A DNA stretch of 64,000 bases, from NCBI GenBank assembly GCA_039715185.1, contig JBDLIA010000008.1, positions 4,207 to 68,206 of the forward strand. Reading direction: 5' to 3'. Every line of letters starts with the position of its first letter. Within the stretch, counting starts at the first letter, position 1. The position numbers and the translations under genes were made by a program. The notes beneath the pieces are model-generated. The model was not told where the DNA came from, searched no databases, and saw nothing but the letters and a program-made list of their open reading frames with translations. The DNA is from Gemmatimonadota bacterium (GTDB taxonomy: Bacteria > Gemmatimonadota > Gemmatimonadetes > Longimicrobiales > RSA9). Of this stretch, positions 10,009 through 19,086 are shown piece after piece.

Positions 10009-11662
10009 GCCGCGGAGCGCTGTCGGCGCGCGCGTCAGCCTCCTGGCGGCAGCCGGCCAGCCGTTCGTGGGCGGCCGCGCCCCGCTCGCCGCCCTGGCGC
10101 AGGACGATCACGGCGGCGGTGCCGTCGCAGTGACGCAGGCCCCAGCCCGGCTCGTCCACCAGGTGCTCGGCCAGAGCCCCTCCCGGCGCGACGAGCGCCA
10201 GCCGCATGCCGCGGCCCTCGATGGCCTCGCGCCACCCGGGCCTGGCCATGGCGATGGTGCGGTACTCCTCCAGCAGCTCCCCGTCGTAGAGCAGCCCGTC
10301 GATGTAGGCGCGGCGCTCGGGCCAGGCGTAGGCGACGTAACCGCCCCACACCATTTCGTTGAACAGCGGGCCGGCCAGGTCGGCGGCGCGCGCCGCGCGC
10401 ACGGCCTCCACCGGGAAGCGGTCGGGCGAGAAGCCGTTGGGCAGCAGTTGCGCGCCCGCCAGCCGGCCTTCGTTGACAGCCACCAGGCTCAGGCCGAGGG
10501 CGAACACGAAGGACAGCCAACCGGGCCCCTGGAGCGCCTTCTCCTGTAGAAAATCCCCCCCGGGTCGCGCCGGGCGAACCGCCAGAGCCGGCCAGCCGCG
10601 CGCCGCGAAGATCACCATGAGCGGGAAGGCCACCAGCAGGAAAAGCGGGATGTTCCGGGCCGAGTACAGCGCGTAGTAGGTGTTGGCCAGCAGAACCAGG
10701 ATCCAGGCCGTCGGCAGCCGCGCGCGACGCAGGGCCAGCGCGGCGTAGGCAAGCAGGAGCGCGAGCAGGAACGGCGTCGCGAAGCCCCAGTGGAAGTCGG
10801 GCGACTGGAATTCGTTGATCCGGTCGATGATGCTCGCGTCGCCCAGCAGGGTGGCGATCTCCAGGTATAGCAGCGGGCCGCGCGGGTTCACCAGGCTGCC
10901 CGCGATGGCCCAGCCCAGGAAGCCGGCGTAGCGGCGCACCGTGGCGTCCTGGCGCGCACGACGTAGGGCCGTTCGCCACGTGGGCTCGGCGCCCTCGCGC
11001 CGGCCCGTGACGAGCGCGTCGATGGCCGCCGCGAGGAGGTAGAGCCCCACCAGCAGGATCCCGTACGTGAAGCCGCCGTGCAGGTTGGTCCATAGCACGA
11101 ACAGCGGCGCCAGCCACCACGCCCGCGCGCGTGGATTCTCGAGCAGGATCAGCAGCAGGAGCGCGAAGTACCAAGTGAACAGGTGGGAGCGTCCCAGCCA
11201 GTGGAGCACCGAGCCTCCGGCGGCCAGGCCGGTGGCGGCGAGCGCGGCGTAAACCCCCACCCCGCGGGCCACCAGGAAGCGGCACAGCATGGCGAAGCAG
11301 AGCCCTATGAGGACGCCCGCGAGGACGAGCACGGCGGCCAGGCCTCCAGCTGAGTGTGTCGCGGCCAGCACCACCTCGCCCAGCCACGCATGACCCAGGA
11401 AGCGCGAGCCCTCCATGGCGTACGTGAACGGGTAGGCTTCCGGAATGGTCCCGCCGGCGAGGATCAGCTCGCCCATCCGGATGTGACTGGCCAGGTCGCC
11501 GTCGCCCGTGAGCACGGGCAGCGCGGCGGCGCTGACCACGAGCGAAGCCATGCCTATGAAGACCAGGTCGGCGACGGTGGGCAGGGCGCCGGCCAGGCGG
11601 CCCCGCTGGAGGGGCTCGTGCGCCATCGACCTAGTGTACCGTTGCAGAAGTCCCGTAGGCAT
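9998..11662 (-). CDS. Large polytopic membrane protein, possible GT-C-type glycosyltransferase
   Basis: 554 aa with more than 10 hydrophobic helices and a C-terminal soluble domain. Convergent with, and overlapping, the GT2 gene end. No catalytic motif recognised by eye. Confidence 0.6.
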   Translation of the reverse strand: MPTGLLQRYTRSMAHEPLQRGRLAGALPTVADLVFIGMASLVVSAAALPVLTGDGDLASHIRMGELILAGGTIPEAYPFTYAMEGSRFLGHAWLGEVVLAATHSAGGLAAVLVLAGVLIGLCFAMLCRFLVARGVGVYAALAATGLAAGGSVLHWLGRSHLFTWYFALLLLILLENPRARAWWLAPLFVLWTNLHGGFTYGILLVGLYLLAAAIDALVTGRREGAEPTWRTALRRARQDATVRRYAGFLGWAIAGSLVNPRGPLLYLEIATLLGDASIIDRINEFQSPDFHWGFATPFLLALLLAYAALALRRARLPTAWILVLLANTYYALYSARNIPLFLLVAFPLMVIFAARGWPALAVRPARPGGDFLQEKALQGPGWLSFVFALGLSLVAVNEGRLAGAQLLPNGFSPDRFPVEAVRAARAADLAGPLFNEMVWGGYVAYAWPERRAYIDGLLYDGELLEEYRTIAMARPGWREAIEGRGMRLALVAPGGALAEHLVDEPGWGLRHCDGTAAVIVLRQGGERGAAAHERLAGCRQEADARADSAPRLTE

Positions 11663-11710
11663 TCGGCTCGCGCTGCATCCCGCGGAGCCTGCGTTGGAAC
11701 TCCTCCGCCG

Positions 11711-12391
11711 TCACGCGTCGACCGCGTCCGCGACTTCTTCGCCGCCCTCGACGTGGGCGCCGTCGGAGACGATCGTGACCCGAAGGGCCCGAGACCAGTG
11801 GGCGCGCTGATCGAATTCGGCCTCGCCCTCCGTCTCGTTTCGGGTGGCGAAAACGCGGCCGTACACGGCGTCGGCGCCCTCGGTGTCGCCCAACTCCATG
11901 AGGTGCTCGGCGATCATCTCGCGGATTTCCTCCTGGCCCGTCGCCTCGGCCATGATGCGCAGTCGCTCCGCGGCGTATTTATCGTTGTCCTTCGCCTTGG
12001 CCGCCTTGACGTAGAGTCCGATCTCGCGGCGGGCGTCCTGGGCGACGCCGTCGAAGGAGGAGTGCTCCAGGTCCTCCGCCAGGGACAGGAACGCCAGCGT
12101 CCCGCGGGCGCGAACCACGTCCGGGTACAGCTCCACGAGGCGCCGACATATGGACGCGGCGCTGTCGTAGTAGCCGTTCCCGAGATAGGCGTCCACCGCA
12201 CGGCCGAGAAACTCCTTGGCGCGCGCCTCCTGGCCCGCCTCCGCGGCGCGCTCGCCCGCCTGCTTGAGTTTCATGGCCTTGAACACCAACGAATCGGTGG
12301 TCTCTGCCGTCTCCTCGAGCTGGGCGAGATCTTCCTCCAGGCGCTCCCGTGATCCGGCGCGCCGAAACCGTGACATCAGGCCTCGAAGCAT
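11711..12391 (-). CDS. Hypothetical acidic helical protein (possibly TPR-like)
   Basis: 226 aa with coding-like composition and helical repeats (GRAVDAYLGNGYYDSAASICRRLVELYPD). No family recognised. Confidence 0.5.
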   Translation of the reverse strand: MLRGLMSRFRRAGSRERLEEDLAQLEETAETTDSLVFKAMKLKQAGERAAEAGQEARAKEFLGRAVDAYLGNGYYDSAASICRRLVELYPDVVRARGTLAFLSLAEDLEHSSFDGVAQDARREIGLYVKAAKAKDNDKYAAERLRIMAEATGQEEIREMIAEHLMELGDTEGADAVYGRVFATRNETEGEAEFDQRAHWSRALRVTIVSDGAHVEGGEEVADAVDA

Positions 12392-12570
12392 GTTCCTCGA
12401 CGTAAGGAGATTGTCTGCGGGGAGGAAGGCCGCGCACCATTACCGCCGGCGCGTGCCCGGGATGAGACGAGTGCCCCCCGGCACCCGTCACACGGGAAGG
12501 AAATGTCTCCCCGGTGCTGCGCACGCGCAACGTTCATGTTTTTCGCCACCCCTCCCCTTTGGCCCGGGGC

Positions 12571-13350
12571 CTACGTTCCGGGCTCGAGCCGCACCGATCC
12601 AGCCGACGCCGAGTCCCCACCGTCGTCGGCTCCGCTGCGCAGAGCTTCTACCATCGCGGCCACGGTCTCGGCCGGCACCACGCCCGGCAGCAACTGGGAC
12701 GCCTCTCCGAACCGCACGATCGTGGTGGGCGTGGAGCGCGCCCCCTCCGCCAGCGCGCGGCGCAGGTTACGGTTGAGGATCTGCCCCACCGTCACGCGCT
12801 GGCTGTCCAGGCACGCGTCCAGCGCCGCCGGGTCGGCCACCAGCGGCGCGACCATGGCGCGCAGCAGGGTGTCGGCCCCGAGCGAGCCGGACCACTCCTC
12901 CTGGCGCGAATAGAGCGCGTGCCGCGCCTCGGCGTATGCGCCCTGATCGCCCGCACAGCGTGCCGCGACCGTGGCGTCCAGCGCCTGCGGGTGAGCCGGG
13001 CCGGCCAGCTCGTAGTACTCGTAGCGGATTCCGCCCCCCCCGATCAGCGCGTCGATGGCTTCGTGGTTCTCCTCGTGGTGGCGCGCGCAGAAGGGGCACT
13101 GGAAGTCCGCATACTCCTCGATGACGACCGGCCCAGCCAGGTCACCGGCGATCATGCCGGGGCTCGCGTCGGGAGTCGACGCGGGCAGCGGAATGGACGA
13201 CTCGACGGGGACGCTCGTCTCTTCGCCCTGGCCAGCGTCGCACGCCGTCACCAGAGCCAGCGCCGCCAACGCGGCTGGCACGGCCGCCCCGCGGCCCCGG
13301 GCGGACCATCCCGCGTGGCGGCGCTCGAACTTCTCGTTTTGTGCGGTCAC
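12571..13350 (-). CDS. DsbA-family thiol:disulfide oxidoreductase lipoprotein
   Basis: Thioredoxin-fold motif FQCPFCARHH. Lipobox LALVTAC near the N-terminus. Start placed at in-frame GTG 13350, so the start is uncertain. Track ORF extends to 13479. Confidence 0.7.
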   Translation of the reverse strand: MTAQNEKFERRHAGWSARGRGAAVPAALAALALVTACDAGQGEETSVPVESSIPLPASTPDASPGMIAGDLAGPVVIEEYADFQCPFCARHHEENHEAIDALIGGGGIRYEYYELAGPAHPQALDATVAARCAGDQGAYAEARHALYSRQEEWSGSLGADTLLRAMVAPLVADPAALDACLDSQRVTVGQILNRNLRRALAEGARSTPTTIVRFGEASQLLPGVVPAETVAAMVEALRSGADDGGDSASAGSVRLEPGT

Positions 13351-13495
13351 GCTCAGCTCGGTTTCGGGGCGACGGAAGCACGGGTCCTCCCTGAGTGCCG
13401 CAGCATACTCCGCGCCAGCCGGCGTGAAAAGAGCCGGGGGGCGCCGGCAGTGCCGACGCCCCCCGGGTTGAGAGGTCAAACGCTACGCCAGGGAA

Positions 13496-16400
13496 TCAGT
13501 TCGCTGACTCGTCATCCTCGGTGCAGTGTCCGGGTCCGATCAGACCCTCGTTGTAATCCGTCAGCAACGACATCGCCGCGACGATCTCCGCGCGGCTGTC
13601 GATCACGCCAGGCGTGCCCGGATCCTGCTTGGGCAACGCCTTGGCCTGCGCCGGCGTGTACGTCGAGAAGAAGACATAGCCGGCCGCCAGGGCATCATCG
13701 ACCTCCGGCGTCGTCGCCGCGTTGAAGTCGTTCAGCGTGGCGGCTATCCACTGGCGGGCCAGCTGCCAGTACATGTTGCCCTTCGGCGCCGTCCACATGG
13801 CCCCGAACCAGCTCGTGCCGCTGAGGAAGAAGTCCTCTGCATGCCCTTCGGACGCCATGTCACCGTCGACGTCGCCGATCTCGAACCAGGTGGAGTCGGC
13901 CTTGTTGGACGCTCCGCCCCAGAACCAGTCGTTGTGCGTCTTCCAGTAGCCCTGCGTGAGGGTGCAGCCCTCCTCGCACACCACGTTGACCCAGAACAGC
14001 TCGGTGTCCGTGTGCTGGGTGCTGTTGTCGATCTCGGTGGCGGTCACGGTGTTGGTGAACTCGTTCACGCCGCACCGCGTGTCATCGAGCTGGATGACCA
14101 CCTCGTGCGGTGACGCCGGGAACGTATGCGGCAGCGCCACCACGTCGGACGCATCCGGCTCGTCGCCCTGCTCCACGCAGAAGCGGCCGAGGTCGGTCGT
14201 GTCAGCGGTCATGGCGTTGACGTCCTGGAAGATGTCCTCGACGTCCACGCACTCGTCGATGATCATCGAGGGATCGCCGAAGTCGACGGTCTCCGCCGAC
14301 GACATGAACGTCGTCGTGCCCGAAGGCGTCGGCACGCCGTCCTTGTCGAACGAGTTGTTCTCCAACTCGGCCGTGGCCTTGTTGGTGCCGTCGAAGTCGC
14401 CGCTCAGGGAGTCGGAATACGCACAGGAGATCGAATCGCCCGCGGCGATCGTCTCGTCCAGTCCGTCACCGTCACCGCAATCGACCGTTAGACCCATCAT
14501 GTCGGACAGCTCATCCGACACATCCACAGTCGCCGGCAGATCCGGGTTCGGGTTGACCACCTTGATGTCACCGCTGACGAAGAAGCCGAAGTCCTCCACG
14601 CCAGTGGTGTCGACAGTGAACTCGAACTTCGGGGTCAGGATCTGACCCGGCACGACCGTGGCCGTGTCGTTGACGAAGTTGACCAGCATGTCGGTCAGGA
14701 GCTCCTTGTCGACGTCCCAATCGTAGCGGCGCTTGAAGTCGGTATCGACCGTCTTGCTGACCGTCAGATCGTGGCAGACGACCTCCATCAGCTCGTCGTC
14801 CGAAGCGACGGTGTCGCCCGAGAACGAGAGGATCGCCGCGGTGTTCGGGTGCATCCCCTCGTCGGCGTCGCACGCGAAGTTCACCGTGTACATGAACATC
14901 GTGTCCGAGCTGATGGTGTCGCCGTTCTCCAGGAACTCGGAGAAGTCGTCCTCGATCGTGACCTCGTCGTTGCCCGGATCATCGTCCATCGTGGCCAGGG
15001 CGAAGCCAGCCGTGTCGGAGTCGATCACCATGCCGCCCATCTCGATGTCGACCACGTTCTGGAAGGACGTCTTCCCGGTCGGGTCGAACTCGATGTCGTA
15101 GTCGAGCGTGTCGGTGTCCTCCGCGCTGATGGTGATGCCCATCGCGACCGTGTCGCACGCCAGGTCCATCCAGGAGGTGCCGCCGTCGTCGCTACCCTGG
15201 ACGCAGTCGATCACGTCGACCGCGGTCTTGTCTATGGTAGCGGTGTTCACGATGACGATCTCACCGGCTACGCTGTGCACCTGCGAGGCCGACATCTTCG
15301 TGACGTTGAGCGTGTACTTCACGTCGCCGTCATCGCCCTTGAACAGGTTCAGCGTGCTGTCGGCGTCGGAATGCGACTTCGTGATGTCCCACTGGAAGTC
15401 TTCCTCCAGGTTGGCCGTGGCCGTCTTCGTCACGGTCACGTTGCCGCAGTTGACGGTCACGTTGGCCGTGTCCGCCTGCATCGTCTCGATGATCTCGGCG
15501 ACGTTCTCGTGCATGCCCTCGTCGCCGTCGCAGACGAACCAGCGGTCGTACATGAACATGGCCGTGTCGGCCACGGCGGAGCCGAGCGGGCCCTCGAAGC
15601 TGTCGGTGATGTTCACCGAGTCGTCCATCTCGGTGATGGTCGCCGACGCGAAGTCGATGGCCGTCGAGCCCATGCCTACGCCCACGTCCACCAGGTCCAC
15701 GAACGCCGTGTTGGTGCGGTTCGTGCCGTCCGGCAGGCTGGCCGTGTAGGTGCAGACGAGCGAATCGCCTGCGGCCACGGTCACGGGGAAGGTCACGCCG
15801 CACACGGGCGTTACCGGGATGTCTCCGGGCGTGATCGTGTCGGCCACGCCTTCGACGCCCACGTCGGAGTCCGACGGGTTCTTGATGACGATGTTGCCCG
15901 AGACCGCCCAGTTGCTGTCGACCGATCCCAGCCAGTTCACCTCGACCGTGTACTTCGACTTGGCCGAGTCGCCCGTGAAGAGGTCGTGCTGGTCGATGTC
16001 GACCGACTTCACGATCTCCCACATGTGGTCCCGATCCAAGCTCGGGTCGGCGGTCTTGGTGACCTCCACGAAGGGTCGCTTGATCGTGGACATCTCCTCG
16101 AAGGTGGCTCCCGTGGTCAGATCGCCACCCTGGAAGCCCATCCGGACGTCCAGCACCAGGAAGATGCCGCACGGGGTGGCGTCGATGCCCTGGAAGGCGC
16201 AGCCCGAAATGTCGGCCGGAATCGCCGCGGCAGCCGCCAGGAAGTTGGCCTCCGGGATCAGAATCTGGTAATCGAGGTCCAGCCCGCTGCCGCTCGTTAC
16301 GGCGTCCGTCGCCTTGATGTGGTCGACGTCGCTGCCGCCGATATCGTCGTCGATGTCGTAGACGAGCTCGCAGGAGGCGTTGCTCTGGAAGTCTGACCGA

Positions 16401-16885
16401 TCATCGTACGCCGGCGCACCGGCGTCGTCGCACATCCACAGATCGAAGCGGTCGATGGAGAACAGCGCGTCCGGCTCGCTGTTCGACTCGTTCGCGTCCA
16501 GGATGATCTCGCGGGCGAGGCCCACGGAGCTTTCGATGATCGGCACGAAATTCAGCGGAAGCGCGTTGGTGAAGTTCGGCCGCGTGTCGTCCAGGGGCAG
16601 CGGCGAGTCGTCGGTGTTGAACCCTTCCTCGTTGGGATTGTTCTGGACGCTGAGGAAGGGATTGATGAGCCCAGTGCCGACGTTGAACGGCACCGGGAAG
16701 GTCCACAACGCGTCGTTGACGACGATAGAGTCGCCCGCGGTGTTGGAAAGGTCGATTTCCGCGAGCTGCGGAGTCGGCCCATCGATCGGGGTGATCACAT
16801 CCGTCGCCGTCTCGCTACACGCAGCGACGGCGACGGCCAACCCCGCGAGCGCGGCAAGCCGCCACGTTCGCATGAACTCGGTCAT
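13496..16885 (-). CDS. Giant hyper-acidic surface lipoprotein with three internal repeat units and a Trp-rich C-terminal domain
   Basis: 1129 aa. Signal/lipobox MRTWRLAALAGLAVAVAAC. GGAGG lies 8 nt upstream of the ATG. Repeated V[TS]KT...W[DE][IV].K modules, conserved Cys pairs and MFMY...CD[GA]DEGMH linkers. Confidence 0.85.
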   Translation of the reverse strand: MTEFMRTWRLAALAGLAVAVAACSETATDVITPIDGPTPQLAEIDLSNTAGDSIVVNDALWTFPVPFNVGTGLINPFLSVQNNPNEEGFNTDDSPLPLDDTRPNFTNALPLNFVPIIESSVGLAREIILDANESNSEPDALFSIDRFDLWMCDDAGAPAYDDRSDFQSNASCELVYDIDDDIGGSDVDHIKATDAVTSGSGLDLDYQILIPEANFLAAAAAIPADISGCAFQGIDATPCGIFLVLDVRMGFQGGDLTTGATFEEMSTIKRPFVEVTKTADPSLDRDHMWEIVKSVDIDQHDLFTGDSAKSKYTVEVNWLGSVDSNWAVSGNIVIKNPSDSDVGVEGVADTITPGDIPVTPVCGVTFPVTVAAGDSLVCTYTASLPDGTNRTNTAFVDLVDVGVGMGSTAIDFASATITEMDDSVNITDSFEGPLGSAVADTAMFMYDRWFVCDGDEGMHENVAEIIETMQADTANVTVNCGNVTVTKTATANLEEDFQWDITKSHSDADSTLNLFKGDDGDVKYTLNVTKMSASQVHSVAGEIVIVNTATIDKTAVDVIDCVQGSDDGGTSWMDLACDTVAMGITISAEDTDTLDYDIEFDPTGKTSFQNVVDIEMGGMVIDSDTAGFALATMDDDPGNDEVTIEDDFSEFLENGDTISSDTMFMYTVNFACDADEGMHPNTAAILSFSGDTVASDDELMEVVCHDLTVSKTVDTDFKRRYDWDVDKELLTDMLVNFVNDTATVVPGQILTPKFEFTVDTTGVEDFGFFVSGDIKVVNPNPDLPATVDVSDELSDMMGLTVDCGDGDGLDETIAAGDSISCAYSDSLSGDFDGTNKATAELENNSFDKDGVPTPSGTTTFMSSAETVDFGDPSMIIDECVDVEDIFQDVNAMTADTTDLGRFCVEQGDEPDASDVVALPHTFPASPHEVVIQLDDTRCGVNEFTNTVTATEIDNSTQHTDTELFWVNVVCEEGCTLTQGYWKTHNDWFWGGASNKADSTWFEIGDVDGDMASEGHAEDFFLSGTSWFGAMWTAPKGNMYWQLARQWIAATLNDFNAATTPEVDDALAAGYVFFSTYTPAQAKALPKQDPGTPGVIDSRAEIVAAMSLLTDYNEGLIGPGHCTEDDESAN

Positions 16886-17628
16886 AGGGTACCTCCGGAG
16901 AGAGTGGATGGCGGGTGAGGCATGCGGCAGGGGATGCCGGTGTGCAGGCTTTCTCGCGCCACGATACCTCCTCCCGAGACCCGCCTTTCGGCAGGGCTCG
17001 AAGCCTGGTTGCCGGCCGTCGCGTCCGTGCGACGGCGGTGTCTCTTCGGCAACCAGGCGATCTCTCAGGGGGAGAGCTGCTGAGAGAGAGATCCTGGGCT
17101 TTGCGAGCCGACCTCGCGGTCGGGGTGCCTTTCTCGGAGCTGTTCGACCCTATGTGCGGGACGCACGAAGGCGCCGGGCCGCCTGAGTCGACGACGGCCC
17201 CGGGGTCCCCTCTACGGGGGACCGCGTTCGGATGGACGTGGGGAGAACGTCATCCAGTTCCTCGCTTGACTACGGATAAGTGTGCGGACGAATCAGCGTC
17301 TTACCGTCCGCCTTTGGAACAGTCACGCGACAGGCGTGGAGAACCCCGCTCTTACGAACCGCTCATTACGTCGGAAGACGTGTGAGCCAGGCTAGCGGAT
17401 CGTTGATCCTAGACTATCGGATCCGGATATCTCCATTCGCAATGTCGATCGCTCCCGCAACCGGCGCAAGCCTTTTCTTCGACGCGCTTCCGGTCATGGA
17501 AGGCGATTTGTGCGCGGTGCCACGGGGCTTTGCTCCTCCGGTGTGTCGGACGATCGACATGGGTTGTGCGTCACAACGTCACGAGGTGGGAGTTGGCAGC
17601 GCCCGCGGGCTGGACCTACCTGAAACGC

Positions 17629-17656
17629 GACGGGGCCCCACATCGGGAGCCCCGTC
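17629..17656 (-). terminator. Candidate intrinsic terminator after small membrane ORF
   Basis: Inverted repeat GACGGGGC-N12-GCCCCGTC about 30 nt after the stop of the 17687..17839 ORF. On the minus strand it is followed by GCGTTTCAG, a short T tract. Confidence 0.35.
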
Positions 17657-17686
17657 TTACGATCCTGCGTACCGTCTAGGCTGGTT

Positions 17687-17839
17687 TCAGCTGCGCCGCT
17701 TCGCGGCGCGTCGGTAGAGAATGATGGCTACGATAACGCCGGCAATGCTCGCCATGATGCCGCCGAACATGTCGCCGGTCGCCATCAGCCAGACGCCCGA
17801 ACCGATGCCGACCAGGAGCGCGGCCCAAACTAGACCCAT
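17687..17839 (-). CDS. Unlisted 50-aa small membrane protein
   Basis: Below the ORF-track size cutoff. Manual translation: MGLVWAALLVGIGSGVWLMATGDMFGGIMASIAGVIVAIILYRRAAKRRS. Two hydrophobic helices plus a basic tail. GGAGG lies 7 nt upstream of the ATG. Confidence 0.5.
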   Translation of the reverse strand: MGLVWAALLVGIGSGVWLMATGDMFGGIMASIAGVIVAIILYRRAAKRRS

Positions 17840-17973
17840 GAGTACGCCTCCATCTTCGAGTAGTGGGGATCGCGCACCATGAATGGTCTGGCCGCCGCCG
17901 TGGTGTCAAGGGTTGCGTGCCTGGTTGGGCGGGAGCCTGGCACCCCACTACGCGGGGCGTGTATCATTGGCTC

Positions 17974-18831
17974 ATGGGTACGATCCGTCTGCTTCCCTCG
18001 GCAATCCTGGCCGTCTCGCTGGTCGCGAGTTCCGGCGTAATGGACACCGCCGACGCGCAGTCGCGAGGGCGCGCCGCGGTGTCTTCGCGGAGTAGCAGAT
18101 CGTTCCAGCGCGCGGTTCGGTCCTCCCGCTCCGGCCTCTCGGCCCGGTCACCGCGTTCGGCCTTCGGCGTGCCCGTCGTTCGAGACGCACCCATCCGCGA
18201 GTGGGCCCTGCGCGACTCCCCCTTCGGACGCGAGGCCATCGGGCGATCGCTGGACGGCCGCTGGCGGCGAGGGCGTCGCGACGGGCTGCGCCGGCGCGCC
18301 GGCACCCACCTCCGCGGCGCAGCGCGCCCGCTGCTCCGCGGCGGTTGTTACGGCGGGGGCGGCGGCGTGCACGTGGGCGTCGGATCGCGCGGCGTGCGTG
18401 TCGGCGTGTCGACGGGGTACGGATTCGCTTCCTCGCGCTCCCGCTGCGGCCACGGCGCCGGCGGCGTTCTTTACGTGCCTTACGTCTACTCCGGCGGCGG
18501 CTACGTCTACGGCTCGGGCCGAGACGATTACCGGGAGGACGACTACTACGAGGAGAACTCCTCCGGGGCCGCGTTTTCCGGGCACGATCCGTCGGGCGGC
18601 ATGGTGACCGGTTGCGCCGCGGTCAGGGTCCATCTCCGGCGCGGCGAGTGGTACGGGGGCGAGGTTCGGTTGCCGGCGCTCGGGGCCGACACTCCCGAAG
18701 GCCTGGCCGCGGCGCTCCGCGCCCGTCATCGGCACGGCCGCTCCACCATGCTCGAGGGCTTCGAAGGGCTGAGCCTGGCGGTTCCGGCCGGCCCCGGCGT
18801 GGAAGCCGTCGACGTGCAGGCCTGCGGCTGA
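17974..18831 (+). CDS. Secreted low-complexity Arg/Ser/Gly/Tyr-rich protein, hypothetical
   Basis: Start trimmed to MGTIRLLPSAILAVSLVASSGVMDTADAQ (signal peptide). Third codon positions are strongly G/C in this frame. No family recognised. Confidence 0.5.
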   Translation: MGTIRLLPSAILAVSLVASSGVMDTADAQSRGRAAVSSRSSRSFQRAVRSSRSGLSARSPRSAFGVPVVRDAPIREWALRDSPFGREAIGRSLDGRWRRGRRDGLRRRAGTHLRGAARPLLRGGCYGGGGGVHVGVGSRGVRVGVSTGYGFASSRSRCGHGAGGVLYVPYVYSGGGYVYGSGRDDYREDDYYEENSSGAAFSGHDPSGGMVTGCAAVRVHLRRGEWYGGEVRLPALGADTPEGLAAALRARHRHGRSTMLEGFEGLSLAVPAGPGVEAVDVQACG

Positions 18832-19086
18832 GCGCTCCCGCCTGACACATTTTTTCCCGACCGGTATGACGTTTGTCTGCGACATCCGGCTCCCAGCTCC
18901 GGGTCCCACTCCGTTACAGCGTTACCCGACAACGACTTAAGGGCGGTGCCGCTGATGGCACGGCGGGTGCTCACTTTCAAGCCCGCGCGTGAGCCGGGCG
19001 GCACGTCTCGGGGCGCGCAGCCCGCCAGGGCACCGTCCGGTCTCTACTTGGGAAGAGGCCGAGCCTTCTTGCGGTTGGGAGCGGGG

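Noticed and set aside
10035-11387. 450-aa alternate-frame ORF within the polytopic membrane protein gene
   Set aside because: It is on the same strand but in a different frame. Extreme Arg/Gly/Pro content, versus the coherent TM-helix pattern of the 9998..11662 frame.
14771-16396. 541-aa plus-strand ORF antisense to the giant lipoprotein
   Set aside because: His/Arg/Val/Gly-rich mirror-image of an Asp/Thr/Val-rich coding strand. It has no start context or motifs.
17518-17533. Sigma54-like TGCCAC-N-TTTGC in the long leader
   Set aside because: The conserved -24 GG is disrupted (TGCC). The spacing is off by one, and the orientation does not match the downstream minus-strand gene.
16915-17717. 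Track ORFs 16915..17385 and 17280..17717 as genes filling the long intergenic region
   Set aside because: Arg/Pro/Gly-rich, with no SD, no motifs and mutually overlapping. The region is better described as non-coding and structured.
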